Virus record (IMG/VR): IMGVR_UViG_3300045253_000047
Span: 1-55,989 of that record
Source: a virus
Lineage: Duplodnaviria; Caudoviricetes
DNA length: 55,989 nucleotides
Reading direction: 5' to 3' (one strand)
This document shows, in pieces, positions 38,882 through 48,153 of this stretch. Each line of letters begins with the position of its first letter. Within the stretch, counting starts at the first letter, position 1. The position numbers and the translations under genes are program-made. Below the pieces are notes generated by a model. That model made no database searches. It was not told where the DNA came from and was given only the letters and a program-made list of their open reading frames with translations.

Positions 38882-38942
38882 AATTCACTACACTTGTTCG
38901 GTCAAACCCGCTAAACCCAATGTCAGCGCGTTTTTCGTGGCA

Positions 38943-39248
38943 TTACTGCGTCGCTGTGTCTACGTAAACGCCATCTTTCGCCGTGAGTTTCATGCGTGTT
39001 GCAAACGTCGGCACGTCCATGCGCTCACTGTACGGCTGTGCTACCCTGTGCTTCTCCGTGAGATACCCTCGCCATGGTTCGCCCTTATCGGCTGCGTTGG
39101 CTAGCACCATGCCGCACTGTCGGGCTGATAGCTCAAGTATGGTTCGGTCACGCCGTGAGAGTTGCAGGGTGACAGCTTCGGGCGATTGCCGCCGTGCATC
39201 GCGTAGAGCGCGTTTCGCTAAGGTTCGCTTGGAGGGGGAATTGCTCAT
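38943..39248 (-). CDS. hypothetical protein
   Basis: GAGG RBS, 101 aa. Confidence 0.55.
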   Translation of the reverse strand: MSNSPSKRTLAKRALRDARRQSPEAVTLQLSRRDRTILELSARQCGMVLANAADKGEPWRGYLTEKHRVAQPYSERMDVPTFATRMKLTAKDGVYVDTATQ

Positions 39249-39367
39249 GGTGCCTCACATGAAAAAAGCCGCTCTTTCGAGAGGCTTTAGGCGGAATCGT
39301 CATTTAGATGGAGGGTTAGACCTCCGGCAGAGGTGAAGCGCATTGTCCGCTTCTGGACTGTGCAAAT

Positions 39368-39443
39368 TGGTCAGGGGTGACGGGTTTGAACCACCACCAA
39401 GAGGCGTACACCTCTCTGCTCTCCCAGTTTGAGCTAACCCCCG
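39368..39443 (-). tRNA. tRNA-like gene with non-canonical anticodon arm
   Basis: CGGGGGT/ACCCCTG-A-CCA acceptor, GCTC/GAGC D-arm, GGTTCAAACC T-loop; anticodon arm GAGAGG-TGTACG-CCTCTT. Confidence 0.8.
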
Positions 39444-39635
39444 TTATAACGGGAACGGCTTTTCAGCATCCACATTCCCGCTCAAAACGTCCTGCGGCTG
39501 CTTTAAGGCGATTACTCCGCAGGATATGGGGTGGTTTTTGGTTCCGGGCGAACCCGTACTGCGTTTCCACCCCAATTCGGTAAAATATTGCCGCTGATCG
39601 GGCGAAGGTGAACCCTACAGCGGCCTTACGTGGAT

Positions 39636-39664
39636 ATTATACAGCGGTTTGCCAAATAATACAA
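39636..39664 (-). promoter_or_regulatory. candidate late-operon promoter
   Basis: TTGTAT-17-TATAAT. Confidence 0.55.
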
Positions 39665-39725
39665 TAGGCTGTCAATACTCATTTGGGAACAGCTTGAAAC
39701 CGATTAACTATTGTCAATACTTTTT

Positions 39726-39868
39726 GGCAATTATATACTTGACTTAACAACTTGAATTAGACCAGCCATGCTTCATTAAGCGCCGTAATCAAACGTGAGG
39801 TCGAAGAACTTTCGACGATATACACGGACGCATGGCGAGGATACAACGGCCTATCCAAGGAGGTTCGA
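39726..39868 (+). mobile_element. orphan IS1595 end (36 bp identical to element 2 right end) plus transposase fragment
   Basis: 39726-39761 = reverse complement of 10971-11006; then TSHASLSAVIKREVEELSTIYTDAWRGYNGLSKE. Confidence 0.9.
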
Positions 39869-40357
39869 ATGAAGCGACTATTATTACTGTTTCTAGCCGC
39901 CGCTTGCCTTGTTGCCCCTAGCAATATCGCGTGCGCCGCGCATCACAAACCCAAGCCACCCGCCAAAGTTCCACAAGGGCAAAACGTGACGGTATGGGTC
40001 AACACCAAGACGGGCATTTATCATTACGAGGGAGAGCGATACTACGGCAAGACGAAGAACGGCAAGTACATGACTGAGAAAGACGCAATCGCCGCGGGGT
40101 ACCGCCTGGGCGTCCTCACCGGGCAGTATCGGCACCTGATCGCGTATGACCCCGTGCTGGTTCGCAATGACCACGCAGGCGCGACGGCGGCGGGTTATGA
40201 TGCGGAAGGTCAGTTCGTCAATTTCAACGCTCAATCTTCCGCCCTCACAAAACCCGCCGGCATGTCCATCGGAAGTGGTCGCCACCATAGAACAAGCTCC
40301 CTGTATTCGCTATTTTCGTGGAATGTGTACAGTGAAGGTTCGTCGGAGTGCGCGTGA
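39869..40357 (+). CDS. exported small protein (VWVNTKTGIYH...AAGYR); chimeric C-terminus antisense to phage genes
   Basis: Signal peptide; domain appears to end at AAGYR (~40105). Confidence 0.7.
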   Translation: MKRLLLLFLAAACLVAPSNIACAAHHKPKPPAKVPQGQNVTVWVNTKTGIYHYEGERYYGKTKNGKYMTEKDAIAAGYRLGVLTGQYRHLIAYDPVLVRNDHAGATAAGYDAEGQFVNFNAQSSALTKPAGMSIGSGRHHRTSSLYSLFSWNVYSEGSSECA

Positions 40358-40581
40358 AGTATCTGCAATTCTTCGCTTATAGGCACCGGCTCAACTTTAA
40401 CATCACGCCATCGGAGCACGTCCAGCTTCACCCTCAATTCATCGCACTCCGACCGGCGCTCCTTGAGTGCCGCCGTCAGTTCCGCTTTCGTGACCACGGC
40501 GCATAGCTGCTTAATGGCGATCCGAGCCTTCCGTATCTGTTCATCTTTCGTTTCGCGGTATTCCGCAGGTATCTCGGTCAA
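40231..40581 (-). CDS. hypothetical protein
   Basis: AAGGAG RBS after dnaB. Confidence 0.6.
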   Translation of the reverse strand: MTEIPAEYRETKDEQIRKARIAIKQLCAVVTKAELTAALKERRSECDELRVKLDVLRWRDVKVEPVPISEELQILHAHSDEPSLYTFHENSEYRELVLWWRPLPMDMPAGFVRAED

Positions 40582-40591
40582 TGTTTTCTCC

Positions 40592-42007
40592 TTAAATTGG
40601 TGTCGGCCCGTCTAAATCAGCCAGTGGTACGAATGCCGCGAGGGGGGCAATAAATCCCACCTTCACAAAGCCAGTCGGCCCGTTTCGATATTTGCCCACG
40701 ATCAAAAACGCCTCCTCTGGAACCATTGTTGACGCGGGCTGAATGGCATAACTCTCCTTTTTTTGATAATACGATTCCCGGTACACGAACCAAACGGCAT
40801 CCGCCGCCGCTTCGCTCCCACCGGAGTCCCGGAGGTCTGATATTTGCGGAACCTTGTCTTGACGCTTCTCAATACCGCGTGAAAGTTGGGACAGCCCCAC
40901 CACGGGAATATTGAACTCTTTCGCCATTCCCTTGAGTCCATTCACGATCTCGTCGATCTGCAAAGAACGAGATGCGGCTTTCGGGTTCCCTGGCATAAGC
41001 CCGATATAATCGACGAATACCACATCCAATCCCCGCGTACGCCTCACCTTACGGCACATCAAACGCATTGCCCCAACGGATAAATCCGACCTGTCACAGA
41101 TTAAGATCGTCGACTCGTAGAGTTCACCGAACGCCTTATTGAGCCTGTCCACCTCGTCTTCGGTCGCGTACCCGGAATTTACTTTGTGCATGTTCACCTT
41201 CGCGCGAGAACAGGCCAACCTTAAAAGTAGTTGCTCTTTGCTCATTTCGAGCGAGAATATCAGCACAACCTTTTTTAGCTTCAAGGCAATGTGCTCGGCT
41301 ATTGAGAGAACGAGACTTGTTTTCCCCATCCCCGGCGCGGCGGCTATTATTATAAAATCTGTCTTTTGCAGCCCGTTCGTGAGCTTGTCAAAGTCTTTTA
41401 GCCCGGTGCTCAGCCCCGAAATACCATGCCCCTGCGCTTCGGCAATACGGTCGGACAAACTAATCGCAAAGTCTTCGATCGCGAACACATCGCCCGATGT
41501 TTCCTTGCCAGCCATCACCGCGCCCATGATTGCTTGGCACTGGTTAACAACCTCTTCGATGTCGTCAGTGTCCACATCACCTTTAGCCAAGCAATTTATC
41601 TCGTAAGCGGCCACTATAATATTCCGCAGGATGGACTTACCACGAACGATCTTTGCATACCAGTTCGCGTTATTCGCAATCGGAACAGTTTCTAAAAGTG
41701 CTGTGAGATACGGGGTGCCCCCGATGATCTCTAATTTACCACGGCGGGTTAACTCCTCAAGGAGCGTCATGTAATCGACCGGCGTTCCCTTTTCACTGAG
41801 GTAAACCATGCTATCAAAAATCGTCTGGTGGCTGTCCCGGTAGAAGTCCTGCGTGGAAACGATCTCAGTTACCACGTCAATCGCTTCTCGGCTAATCGCC
41901 ATCGCCCCGAGTACCGACTGTTCATTTTCAATCGACTGCGGCGGGATATACATCGGGAATTCCATCGCCTGTTCGACCCTGACTTTTGGCTTTGTCCACC
42001 CAGCCAT
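40592..42007 (-). CDS. dnaB: replicative DNA helicase
   Basis: AAAPGMGKT, FSLEMS, VDYIGL, LSQLSR, DLRDSG. Confidence 0.97.
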   Translation of the reverse strand: MAGWTKPKVRVEQAMEFPMYIPPQSIENEQSVLGAMAISREAIDVVTEIVSTQDFYRDSHQTIFDSMVYLSEKGTPVDYMTLLEELTRRGKLEIIGGTPYLTALLETVPIANNANWYAKIVRGKSILRNIIVAAYEINCLAKGDVDTDDIEEVVNQCQAIMGAVMAGKETSGDVFAIEDFAISLSDRIAEAQGHGISGLSTGLKDFDKLTNGLQKTDFIIIAAAPGMGKTSLVLSIAEHIALKLKKVVLIFSLEMSKEQLLLRLACSRAKVNMHKVNSGYATEDEVDRLNKAFGELYESTILICDRSDLSVGAMRLMCRKVRRTRGLDVVFVDYIGLMPGNPKAASRSLQIDEIVNGLKGMAKEFNIPVVGLSQLSRGIEKRQDKVPQISDLRDSGGSEAAADAVWFVYRESYYQKKESYAIQPASTMVPEEAFLIVGKYRNGPTGFVKVGFIAPLAAFVPLADLDGPTPI

Positions 42008-42008
42008 G

Positions 42009-43196
42009 TTATTGCACCATTCCCGCTTGCGTGGTCGGCATACGACCTAAAAAGTACGTCCAGTCTTCGCTCCATACCGTGCCGTCGTCTTTGACGTGAG
42101 AGCCTACGGGGATCGCTTTACCATTCGCCATAGTGCCTGGACTGGTCGTAAACCGCATACGCGCCTTCTCCGTGTCGATCTGGTTGAAATAGACATCGAC
42201 CCCGGCGAACGGCGTATCACCCTCCCACCGCCTCATTCGCATCCACGGGGCAAAACCTTTGAAGCTACGCAGTGCGTCCTTCGGCACCTTGCCTTCCGGG
42301 AACCTGCCGCGCACCTCCGTGATCGCCGCCGTAATCGCCTCGCAGTCGGCATCGGTCGGCTTCACGCTGTCCCACGCCCTTACCTCGTCGGGGGCGGAAT
42401 CCTTGCGGGGGAATATCTCGCGAATGGCTAAGTACGCCTCCGGCTTCCACTTTGGTAATGCCCCGGATTGCTTTGGAGCACGTGTAGCCTTCTTCGTCTC
42501 CGGTGCTGCTACGGGTACGGCGTCCGCGTTGTTCAATAGTGCCGTGACTTCATCCGGTATCGGCTCATTGCTCTCAACGTCAACCAGTGCAAAGTCCCCT
42601 AGGGGGGGCGTAGGGGGGGGATTCACAAGTAAGCCCAAGGAAGGAGAAGGAGAAGGAGAAGGAGAAGGAGAAGGAGAAGGAGAAGGAGAGACGGCCTTTT
42701 CCGCTATTTCGCGCTGACTTTCAATGTTATTCAATGAAACACTGTTTTTAGCGTCAATACCTGTCAATTGTGACATAGTTTCAACACTTCCGCTGATTGA
42801 CGGCGTTTCTTGCTGGTTGTTAATGAAATCCGTTGTTCGTCGCTTTTCGAGCTTGATATACGTTTGGTACTTGTAAAATGCCTTGATCGGGAAGTAAACA
42901 AGTGAATTCACGCGATCCCAGGAAATCAGTTTTACGCGGTCAATACACTCCAGTGCCGTGGATATATCCTTCGGCTCTAGGTCGCGCCGGTGGGGGAATA
43001 CGACGGCTAATAGCGTCTCTGGGTCGCCTGTAATAATGGCGTCGTCTCCGGCGTGTAGGATCATGCGCTGGTACAGATTTGACGCCATATCGCCGCATTC
43101 CCGTTCGAGTTTTGCGACTGCTGTATCTATCGAAATATCGGAGCTAAGGTAACGTCTTCGGCTCATTGTTACTACCTTTCTGTTATTGGCTTCCAC
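42009..43196 (-). CDS. replication initiator/replisome organiser
   Basis: Upstream of dnaB; SP-repeat and PPTPP linker; FAPWMRMRRWE. Confidence 0.75.
   Translation of the reverse strand: MEANNRKVVTMSRRRYLSSDISIDTAVAKLERECGDMASNLYQRMILHAGDDAIITGDPETLLAVVFPHRRDLEPKDISTALECIDRVKLISWDRVNSLVYFPIKAFYKYQTYIKLEKRRTTDFINNQQETPSISGSVETMSQLTGIDAKNSVSLNNIESQREIAEKAVSPSPSPSPSPSPSPSPSLGLLVNPPPTPPLGDFALVDVESNEPIPDEVTALLNNADAVPVAAPETKKATRAPKQSGALPKWKPEAYLAIREIFPRKDSAPDEVRAWDSVKPTDADCEAITAAITEVRGRFPEGKVPKDALRSFKGFAPWMRMRRWEGDTPFAGVDVYFNQIDTEKARMRFTTSPGTMANGKAIPVGSHVKDDGTVWSEDWTYFLGRMPTTQAGMVQ
42640..42687. repeat. (GAAGGA)8 microsatellite encoding (SP)n
   Basis: Direct reading. Confidence 0.9.
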
Positions 43197-43675
43197 TCTT
43201 CGACCGTCTTTGTGTGTTTCTGACTATTACAAGCGCGGCAGGCTGGCACGAGATTATCTAGGTCATTAGTACCGCCCCTGCATAACGGCATCACATGATC
43301 TATCGTTAGCTTAATGGTCGATCCGCAATAATTACAAAATCGCCCGTGTAATTTATAAACTACGGGAGCCATAAGTTTCCTGATATTGTTCCACTGTCGC
43401 CGCAATGTATCGCAGCGCTCATTTTCTTTCCAGTTGACGAAGAACAGTTTCCCGTCTTCACCTCTGGTTAGGATATTCTCGGATTCGAGGTAGTCCACAA
43501 AGGAATAAAAATCCTCTTCCGATAGACTGAGGAACGCGGCTATATCTTCGTCGTCACCATCAAGTATGCCGCGCCGTTTAGATTCACCGGCATGGCACAT
43601 GAGCATTATTAAGTCCCACTTCTGACTTTTGGACAACTCAGGTAATCCGCTCGGTCTTAGGAAGTCAGTGGGCAT
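43172..43675 (-). CDS. HNH endonuclease
   Basis: CNYCG..TIDHV.P..GG..NLVPACRACNSQK. Confidence 0.92.
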   Translation of the reverse strand: MPTDFLRPSGLPELSKSQKWDLIMLMCHAGESKRRGILDGDDEDIAAFLSLSEEDFYSFVDYLESENILTRGEDGKLFFVNWKENERCDTLRRQWNNIRKLMAPVVYKLHGRFCNYCGSTIKLTIDHVMPLCRGGTNDLDNLVPACRACNSQKHTKTVEEWKPITER

Positions 43676-43731
43676 TAGGAAACTTGTATCATTTTGTATA
43701 CCTCTATTATACTATAAACTAAGCTGTTTTA

Positions 43732-43947
43732 CTATTTAATTTGTTCCCATTTATCCACGCGACGGAACCCGATAACAGCCGCCATATTCTCGGATATTTT
43801 GCGGTTGCGCTTGAGGATGTCGCCAACGTACTGAGGGCTTACGCCGTTCGCTTCGGCCCACGCCCGCATGGAACCCGCCTCTTCGGTCAGCCTGCGTAAA
43901 CGGTCGAGGACGTAATTTGTGTCTACTTCATATTCAATGGTTGCCAT
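43732..43947 (-). CDS. small HTH protein
   Basis: RAWAEANGVSPQYVGDIL. Confidence 0.7.
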   Translation of the reverse strand: MATIEYEVDTNYVLDRLRRLTEEAGSMRAWAEANGVSPQYVGDILKRNRKISENMAAVIGFRRVDKWEQIK

Positions 43948-44351
43948 TGTCGTTTTTCTCCAATTCGGCAATTGCCGCGTCAATATCATCGCTCGCTTCG
44001 TCGAATGATTCGCTTGTGCCAGAAGCTAAAAAGTTCCTGATAGGTTTACTCAGGTCTTCGGCTGGAAAGACGGCCCAATTAAAGTTTTTGCTGAATAAGG
44101 CATTCTCAACGATGCCTTTGTATTTCGCGCTCATGTCACAATATGCGCCCTTCCGGGTAGCACTCGGACGGAAGTTCGAATACATCGCCCTGGCTGTATT
44201 TGGTCGCGTACTCGTGGACGCCTGTCACGTCCTGCTCACGCTCGCGCTGTGCTTCATGGCGAGCCATAACCGCCTTCGGTATTTTAGGGATACCTAACAG
44301 TGAAGGCTCAAGCGTAGACCGATATGCGTTCTCCTCGGGGGTAGTATCCAA

Positions 44352-44606
44352 TTACTTCACACTTTCTGCGCTCGGGGGCGCGGGTCTAATACTTACATTA
44401 TACAGAATAATGGGGTGATACCCAAGGTGAAGAGCGAGCCGCTTGGATATCTGTTCACGTCCCCGGCGCATACCGTTCAGGAAGTGGGGGTGAAAATTAT
44501 GCTTCATCGCCCATGCGCGTTCGGTCAAGCCCTCCTCCACTATCCTGCGCTCCAGTTCGGCCAGGATGTCGTCGGCGGTTGCGTATTGGGTGGTGTTAGT
44601 TGGCAT
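44352..44606 (-). CDS. small HTH protein
   Basis: RAWAMKHNFHPHFLNGM. Confidence 0.7.
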   Translation of the reverse strand: MPTNTTQYATADDILAELERRIVEEGLTERAWAMKHNFHPHFLNGMRRGREQISKRLALHLGYHPIILYNVSIRPAPPSAESVK

Positions 44607-45276
44607 TCAGTTCCTCCTCGGTCGGCATGGTTTCGTCGAGTGGCCGGTAGGCGATTACTTCGGCTGTTCGGTACTCGTTACCTTCGCTGTCGTGCCACAC
44701 ATCCCCGGACATGTGGCCGTTGTGAATAAACGGCTCATCGTCGTTAATCTCAAACTCAACGATGAACTGGTAATAGCTGTCTTCGGGCACCTCGCGTAAT
44801 TTACGCTTCACCCGACCCTTCGCCAGTAGCCGGGTTAGTTCGGCATCAGGCGGCAACCCATCCCGTCCCACGTTCTTCCAGGCGTGTTTTGCGCGTTCGG
44901 CGGCGAGTTCTTCCGTCATCGCCTCTAGCAGACACATGAGAGTTGTTTTTTCGCCCTCCAGTCGTCTACATTCCGTAGATAACTCAGGCGCACTGGGTAT
45001 CATAACCTCCGACTTGTAATCCTGCACCTCACCGGGATTGTCTATCAGGTCGTTATATAGTGCGGCTTGCTCGGCACTTTCAAACACGGGCACAAACCCG
45101 CGCACTGTAACGGCGCGCTGATCAACGCCCATGAGAGACGTGGTGAGAAGTTGTAATCCCTCTTCGACCACGCGGGCAGTCGTGCTCTTTTTGTCAAGCG
45201 AGAAAGTCACTGCGACATTCCCGAAATTCAACCCTTCCAGGTCAAACGTAGTGATCGGCATAATACGACCTTTCAA
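44596..45276 (-). CDS. hypothetical protein
   Basis: 226-aa ORF in operon. Confidence 0.6.
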   Translation of the reverse strand: MKGRIMPITTFDLEGLNFGNVAVTFSLDKKSTTARVVEEGLQLLTTSLMGVDQRAVTVRGFVPVFESAEQAALYNDLIDNPGEVQDYKSEVMIPSAPELSTECRRLEGEKTTLMCLLEAMTEELAAERAKHAWKNVGRDGLPPDAELTRLLAKGRVKRKLREVPEDSYYQFIVEFEINDDEPFIHNGHMSGDVWHDSEGNEYRTAEVIAYRPLDETMPTEEELNAN

Positions 45277-45301
45277 GCCCCGCGATTGCGGCGGCGATTA
45301 T

Positions 45302-46060
45302 TCAGTTGACAGCGCAGGCGTCACAGCCCATGTCGAAGTTGAATGCAGGTTCATCCCCTGCGAGCTTCCTGCGGCCCTTGCGCGAAGGCTGAGAGGCCAG
45401 TATGGGTAATTCTATCAGCCTCGGCATGTCTTTATCCTGCATCCATTTTAAGCCGGTTCGCTCTTCAAACTCCATGGCCTCCTTGAACTCTTCGGGGTAG
45501 TGGTATTGCAGGGCTACCCAGTCGGGTCTACGGAAATTCTTGCATGGAAGGCAATTAGCGTGGTTAAAGTGCTTGTAAATGCGTGGCGGGTCGATACCCT
45601 TCTCCCGGAAGTATCCAAAGCATTGTTCTTTTGACACTCCCCATTCAATGAGCGGGAACCATAATTCCAAGTGCGGGTATTTCCAGTGATAATGCATCCT
45701 GTCGGCTCTGTCGGCTTCGTCAATATCGTAACCGAAAGCAAAACGGGCAGGGTCGGAGAAGTTCTTTAAGAACTTCTCCCCCGGTTTGATCTTCATATAC
45801 TTTGAACATGAAGTTAGTTGCCGAGCAGGTATAAAGTCTTCTTGTTCGAAAACCTCCCATAAGTCTCGCCCGTCGCTGATCTCGACAACGTTTAGTTGAA
45901 ATATCTCAGCCACTTCAACGCCGAAGCGATACGTGTCCTTGTCCTCGCGCTTGGTATCGTTAAAGACACATATCGGGTCATGGCAAGTCTCCTTGAGCCG
46001 ACACGCGATATAAGCCGAGCAGATACCGTAACTGTATTTTACGATGTCGTACATGGTCAC
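45302..46060 (-). CDS. PAPS-reductase-like PP-loop (adenine nucleotide alpha-hydrolase) protein
   Basis: YSYGICS, FNDTKRE, CSKYMK, FPLI, HANCLPC. Confidence 0.75.
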   Translation of the reverse strand: MTMYDIVKYSYGICSAYIACRLKETCHDPICVFNDTKREDKDTYRFGVEVAEIFQLNVVEISDGRDLWEVFEQEDFIPARQLTSCSKYMKIKPGEKFLKNFSDPARFAFGYDIDEADRADRMHYHWKYPHLELWFPLIEWGVSKEQCFGYFREKGIDPPRIYKHFNHANCLPCKNFRRPDWVALQYHYPEEFKEAMEFEERTGLKWMQDKDMPRLIELPILASQPSRKGRRKLAGDEPAFNFDMGCDACAVN

Positions 46061-46233
46061 TCTATTCTATTGACTTTGATGGGAGGTTACGGTAAAATGT
46101 ACGCGTAACCTCAAGAGATATGGTTCGATGGGCGGCACACCCAGTTCGGACAAGCTTTTCGCCTCAGCCATCCCCGGTTGGGGCGTTTTCGCTTTCTCAT
46201 AGTATCACAACGGGCGGAATAAATCAAGCGGTG

Positions 46234-46776
46234 TTATTTTATGCTGGCTGGCAATCGCGCACCCCAATTAGACTGAACCTTATCTGTTAATGACGAAGGG
46301 TTGGCGTATTCGTGCCCTATCGCTGTCACTGCGTACCGGCGATCCCAATCTTTATTCTCGGTACAGGTAATAAATGCGCCATAGTCTAACTCTCTAAAAA
46401 CAGGCTTAGCAACTTTAATATGTCCGCCTAGTCCCCTAATCAATATAAAATCGCTAGCACTTCTTTGCAGATAAGCGTTCGGGTTAGTGCTAAGTAAATG
46501 GAGTAGTTTCTTAGCTGTGTCCGTAAGGGTGAATGTATTTTTGTCATACTCGGTTATCGCTTCAATGCCTGCGGCAGTTATAAATACTTCCTCACGAACA
46601 GAGTATGGCCCGATCATGCCACCCTTCATAAGTGCGAAGAAGTCAAAATCGGAAAGTTTATGACAATCCGAATGAATAGTTATTTTACCGGGGGAAACAC
46701 GCACCATTCCCACTTTCGGGTTCCTGCGAAGGTAACGCAAAGTCCCCCATTGAGAGGCACTAAGCTCTATGCTCAT
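46234..46776 (-). CDS. tandem winged-helix-like protein
   Basis: Two repeats ending ITAAG/VTAIG. Confidence 0.6.
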   Translation of the reverse strand: MSIELSASQWGTLRYLRRNPKVGMVRVSPGKITIHSDCHKLSDFDFFALMKGGMIGPYSVREEVFITAAGIEAITEYDKNTFTLTDTAKKLLHLLSTNPNAYLQRSASDFILIRGLGGHIKVAKPVFRELDYGAFITCTENKDWDRRYAVTAIGHEYANPSSLTDKVQSNWGARLPASIK

Positions 46777-47108
46777 TCCGCGCCCCCCCCTTTGTCATGC
46801 GCCTTAACTGCCGCGATGCCTGCGACCGTGATATAGTCCCTCTGCTCGCCCCACGACTTACCGATAAACGCGGCTTCCCGAAGTGCCCAATAATCGCTCT
46901 CAGTGGCCGTAGGGCACGCCTCCGAGTGGATGACGTGCGGTTGTCCAGTGCTAGGCGTGATAAGCTCAAGCCATGCGTGGCGGTGCTGTTCCAAGTGCCG
47001 CAGGATTGACCACTGCTTCTTTGTTAAGTTGTTGCCTCCATTGTCTACTGCACAAGTTTCTACTACGTGGTTTGCGGTGGTGTCTGGTTGTGTTGTGTCT
47101 ACCGTCAT
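46773..47108 (-). CDS. winged-helix-like protein
   Basis: LTKKQWSIL...ITVAG. Confidence 0.6.
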   Translation of the reverse strand: MTVDTTQPDTTANHVVETCAVDNGGNNLTKKQWSILRHLEQHRHAWLELITPSTGQPHVIHSEACPTATESDYWALREAAFIGKSWGEQRDYITVAGIAAVKAHDKGGGAE

Positions 47109-47276
47109 GATTTCTCCTTCAGGGTGTGCACTCGTATCCATTCGCGCCCCGAACGCCACTCGTTATCCGCTGACATCGTGTACCCCACGGGTATCTTCTG
47201 GTACACGGCTCGCTTGCCCCGCACGACCCACACGCGGATGTTGTGGCGACCGCGCCCGAACCTCACGCGATACAGC

Positions 47277-47534
47277 TTAACCATCCGTCCAGCCTAGTGG
47301 GTGCTCTTTGACAGATCGCAACGGGACTCTCCCACAAGAGCCGACGCCCTGTGATGTGGTGAGATAGCCGTTCTGATCCGTCCCGCAGTCTTGGCAAACG
47401 CTCCCGCGAAGGTTCGTCGAAAAGCACTTGTAGCAGTCGGCTTTCGGCGGGGCGTATACGGTTTGCTTATGGCCGCAGCGGAAGCATATTCCACCGCTCA
47501 CGGCACTCGCTCTGCACCTCTGGCAATCGTTCAC
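47277..47534 (-). CDS. zinc-finger protein
   Basis: Four CxxC pairs. Confidence 0.6.
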   Translation of the reverse strand: MNDCQRCRASAVSGGICFRCGHKQTVYAPPKADCYKCFSTNLRGSVCQDCGTDQNGYLTTSQGVGSCGRVPLRSVKEHPLGWTDG

Positions 47535-47631
47535 GGTGTCAATCCTTTGACGGCCTCTCTCTATAGCTTGTCGATGCCCTGTGTGTGCTTATCGTCGATG
47601 TAGCGGCGGTTGACGGGTACGATGTGTTCCA

Positions 47632-48153
47632 TTAGCGGGCCTCTGGCAGTTCGTCCCACGTACGACCGTCTAGGATGCGCCCAGCAGCCTTTTTGCCGAC
47701 CTCGATCATTGGGATAGAGTTAGTCCCCGCTGATTCGTACGTGCACCCAACATGACCGTCATGGTTCACGAGGAATGCGGGTGGCTTCGCTATCCTGCCG
47801 AGTAGTGCCTTGTACTTGTAGGCGCAAAATGCGTAAGCCTCGGGGCAGCAATCAAATATTGGTTGTCCGTCATATCGGCTTATAGTCTCATCACACTGGA
47901 AGCCAAAATCAAAGAATAACTCACCCATGCGCTTCTTTTGCCATTCGTTACCCTCGTCGGTGTACTCAAATATGCCGAGATCGGCGGGTATTTTCAGGTT
48001 CTCACGGTAATGGCCTTCACCCCTACCGAGTACGGTATCGAATAACTCAGCCTTCACCAGTGCCTTGTACGCGCCCAACCGTGTCGCGAATCCCTTGTTT
48101 TTGCCAGCTACTTCGGCGAAGTATCTTTTGACTAGGCGGGTTTGCACTCTCAT
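47632..48153 (-). CDS. hypothetical protein with Gp37/Gp68-like C-terminal tail
   Basis: VGKKAAGRILDGRTWDELP. Confidence 0.65.
   Translation of the reverse strand: MRVQTRLVKRYFAEVAGKNKGFATRLGAYKALVKAELFDTVLGRGEGHYRENLKIPADLGIFEYTDEGNEWQKKRMGELFFDFGFQCDETISRYDGQPIFDCCPEAYAFCAYKYKALLGRIAKPPAFLVNHDGHVGCTYESAGTNSIPMIEVGKKAAGRILDGRTWDELPEAR

Noticed and set aside
39667-39725. TGTCAATACT direct repeat as TSD of the orphan end
   Set aside because: Both copies are on the same side of the TIR; better read as minus-strand -35 boxes
42640-42687. GAAGGA repeats as replication iterons
   Set aside because: Encodes an SP linker typical of phage initiators; unit too short for an iteron
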